In this document: positions 61,538 to 64,000 of the stretch, piece after piece | Position numbering within the stretch: the first letter of the stretch is position 1 | How the letters are laid out: each line of letters begins with the position of its first letter | Assembly: GCA_028826165.1 (NCBI GenBank) | Contig: JAPDFW010000082.1 | Location: 248,001-312,000, forward strand | Reading direction: 5' to 3' | Source of the DNA: Anaeramoeba ignava BMAN | Taxonomy: Eukaryota > Protista > Anaeramoebae | DNA: 64,000 bases | The notes under the pieces: generated by a model | Seen by the model: only the letters and a program-made list of their open reading frames with translations | The model's database searches: none | Told to the model about the DNA's origin: nothing | Position numbers and translations under genes: made by a program

Positions 61538-62566
61538 ATGGGAAAACTAAAATCAACAGAATTAAGAGCTATGAATAAAACTCAATTAACTGAAAAACTT
61601 GATAACCTTAAAACAGAGTTATGGAATTTAAGAGTTAGCAAAGTTGCATCTAGTTCACAATCTAAATTGACTAAAATGTATATTTTATTAATTAAAAACA
61701 TAAAATTATGTTTAATTTCTAATTCTATTCAAAATTAAAATTAATTTCTAATTCTATTCAAAATTAAAATTAATTTCTATTTCTATTTATATTTCTATTT
61801 CTATTTCTATTTCTATTTATATTTCTATTTCTAATTCTATTTCTATTTCTATTTCTATTTCTATTTCTATTTCTATTTATATTTTAAAATTAAAATTAAA
61901 ATTAAAATTAAAATTAAAATTAAAATTATTAATATTAATATATTAATATTAAAATTAAAATTAAAATTAATTTAAAATTAAAATTAAAATTAAAATTAAA
62001 ATTGAAATTAATATTAAAATTAAAATTATAATTAAAATTAAAATATTAAATTCAAAATTAAAATATTAAATTAAATTCAAAATTGAAATTAAAATTAAAA
62101 TTAAAACTAAAATTAAAACTAAAATTCATTTATGAAATTAAATTTAAATTTAAAATTAAAATTAAAATTAAAATTAAAATTAAAATTTATATTAAATTCA
62201 AAATTAATATATTAAATTTAAAATCAATATTAAATTTAAAATTAAAATTAAAATTAAAATTAAAATTAAAATTAAAATTAAAATCAATTTATAAAATTAA
62301 AATTAAAAATTAAAAATTATAGTAAAACTGTTAGAAAAGATATTGCACGAGTTTTAACTGTCATAAATCAAAAAAGAAAAACAGCACTTTTTAATCAATA
62401 CAAACATGATAAATACAGACCATTAGATTTAAGACCAAAATTAACAAGAGCAATGAGAAGACGATTAACACCTAAACAAGCTCACAAAAAAACTTTAAAA
62501 CTTCAAAAAAGATTAAGACATTTCCCAAAAAGAAAATTTGCATTGAAACAACCAATAACAAACTAA
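61538..62566 (+). CDS. RPL35: 60S ribosomal protein L35 (uL29); exons 61538-61677, 62323-62566
   Basis: ELR...[16 protein letters not shown]...[17 protein letters not shown]...[18 protein letters not shown]. Confidence 0.95.
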
Positions 62567-63145
62567 ATTAATATTTTTTTTTCATTTAGAATGATAATTA
62601 TCTCAAAAGAAAAAAAACAAATTTTGATTCATTTTTTACTTTTACTTTTTTCTTTTACTTTTACTTCCTAATTGGTTTGATTTGATTTGATTTGATTTGA
62701 TTTTCCCTTCATCTTTTACTTTTTACTTTAAAAATTACTTCAATAAACTCATAAAGAATCCTTTTAAAAAAAAAATTTATTTTCATTAATTTTTATACTT
62801 TTTATTAATTTTTATTAAGAAAAAGGAAATTATCCTTTTTTTTTTTCTTCTTTTTAATTCCAAATTCCAAAAAAAAAACAAATTTATTCAAAGAATGTTG
62901 GATTAAAAAAGGAAAATAAAAAAGGATTTGTTTTTGATATTTGGTTTCACAAACAAAATAGAAAATTTTAAAGAAAAAAAAAAAAGAACTTTAAAAGAAT
63001 TTGAAGAAAAATAATCATTTCAAATAATGATTATTTTTATTAATCACTTTTACTATCTGTATCTTTATCAGAAAAACTATCTGTAATATGAATATTATCA
63101 TCTTCACTTACATAATCTTTTTCTTTTTCGTTTTCACTTTCGTTT

Positions 63146-64000
63146 TTATTTGATTTGAATTTGATTTTGATTTGATTTTGAATTTGATTTTGAATTTGAA
63201 TTTGATTTTGATTTTGATTTTGAATTTGATTTTGATTTTGAATTTGATTTTGAATTTAATTTTGATTTTGAATTTGATTTTGATTTTGAATTTGATTTTG
63301 ATTTTGATTTTGATTTTGATTTTGAATTTGATTTTGAATTTGATTTTGATTTTGATTTTGAATTTGATTTCGATTTTGATTTTGATTTTGATTTTGATTT
63401 TGATTTTGATTTTGATTTTAATTTTTCATCATTTTCATTTTCAATTTGATTTTGATCTTCGTTTTCATCTTCATCTTCATCATCTGGAAATTGAAAATAA
63501 TAATTGCTTTGAATATGATTATCAAGAAAAGATTGATATTGGTTAATTTGATGAAGATGATTATTATCTACTTTGGGGATTATATCATTTTCTTGGATTT
63601 GATGATCCCTTAAATAACCATTTTGATTATTGGAAACAAGTTCATTTTCATTTGATTGAATAGATTGAGCAAGATAGTTCAAGAAAGAATTATCCGGTTG
63701 TGGAGTTAACGCGACAAATTGATATTCTTTTGTTGAGAATTTTCTCTTCGCTTCTAAATCTTTTTCTGGAGAATGAGCTGCTTTTTGGATTGAACGAAAT
63801 AAGTCCTTTATGCAAGGTATAAGCTGATCTAATGTGTAGTTTGAGAAATTACTTAAATTATCTGGGAATTCTTCTTTTCCTCGAAATGATAAAGCTAAAA
63901 CAATTCCAGATGCAGCAATTTGAGAAGGAAAATACTGAATCATTGAGTAATTATATAATGATAATTCAATGAAATACTAAATTTTGATATATTTTGAATA
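63146..64000 (-). CDS. Cyclin C-terminal region (partial; 5' end lies outside the window)
   Basis: YFIELSLYNYSMIQYFPSQIAASGIVLA...YTLDQLIPCIKDL...RKFS...YQFVA matches the A/B-type cyclin C-terminal fold; the true stop is uncertain (63146 or 63044). Confidence 0.8.

Noticed and set aside
63044-63420. Frame break in the cyclin tail (coding-like NESENEKEKDYVSEDD...SKK* in another frame after the hexamer array)
   Set aside because: Most simply an indel in the repeat, either assembly error or slippage; no splice sites or recoding signal support anything more
1887-63546. Dozens of low-complexity ORFs (ILIL, DFDF, KIKI, NIIL, FKYY, YFE)
   Set aside because: They are translations of intronic or intergenic satellites, or antisense frames of coding repeats, with no protein-family signal
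1-64000. Alternative genetic code, tRNA/rRNA genes, transposase or reverse transcriptase genes
   Set aside because: Conserved genes read through with the standard code and end in TAA or TGA; no RNA-gene or mobile-element coding signatures were recognised

Overview
Very AT-rich, intron-rich eukaryotic nuclear DNA using the standard genetic code. It carries an intronless long-form [FeFe]-hydrogenase, which points to an anaerobic protist; Anaeramoeba or a related metamonad is my inference, not something the sequence proves. I reconstructed about 22 genes by hand: NAGPA-like, Raptor, S10 serine carboxypeptidase, CE2/SGNH esterase, ankyrin-RGS protein, C1orf109-like, IQGAP-related RasGAP, AP-1 mu, Kelch-BTB-BTB, microbial-type PARG, hydrogenase, PAS/coiled-coil protein, NudE, LSG1, mucolipin, NAA80, TRAP-gamma, a tandem AAA ATPase resembling Afp15/Pvc15, GPR180/TMEM145-like, RPL35, a partial cyclin and a partial unknown gene. 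Many introns are filled with simple A/T satellites, and most low-complexity ORFs in the track are artefacts of these. The main result concerns splicing. The catalytic His-Pro of the CE2 esterase can be encoded only through a 1-nt exon followed by a 3-nt exon, separated by three ~75-nt introns. The carboxypeptidase needs a 4-nt exon just after its catalytic His, and 11-nt and 13-nt microexons occur elsewhere. About 40% of acceptors are AAG, often without a pyrimidine tract, and one LSG1 junction has no canonical donor. A TCA(T)n initiator-like motif precedes most genes. All exon structures are manual inferences from GT/AG sites and protein-family motifs and need RNA-seq confirmation.
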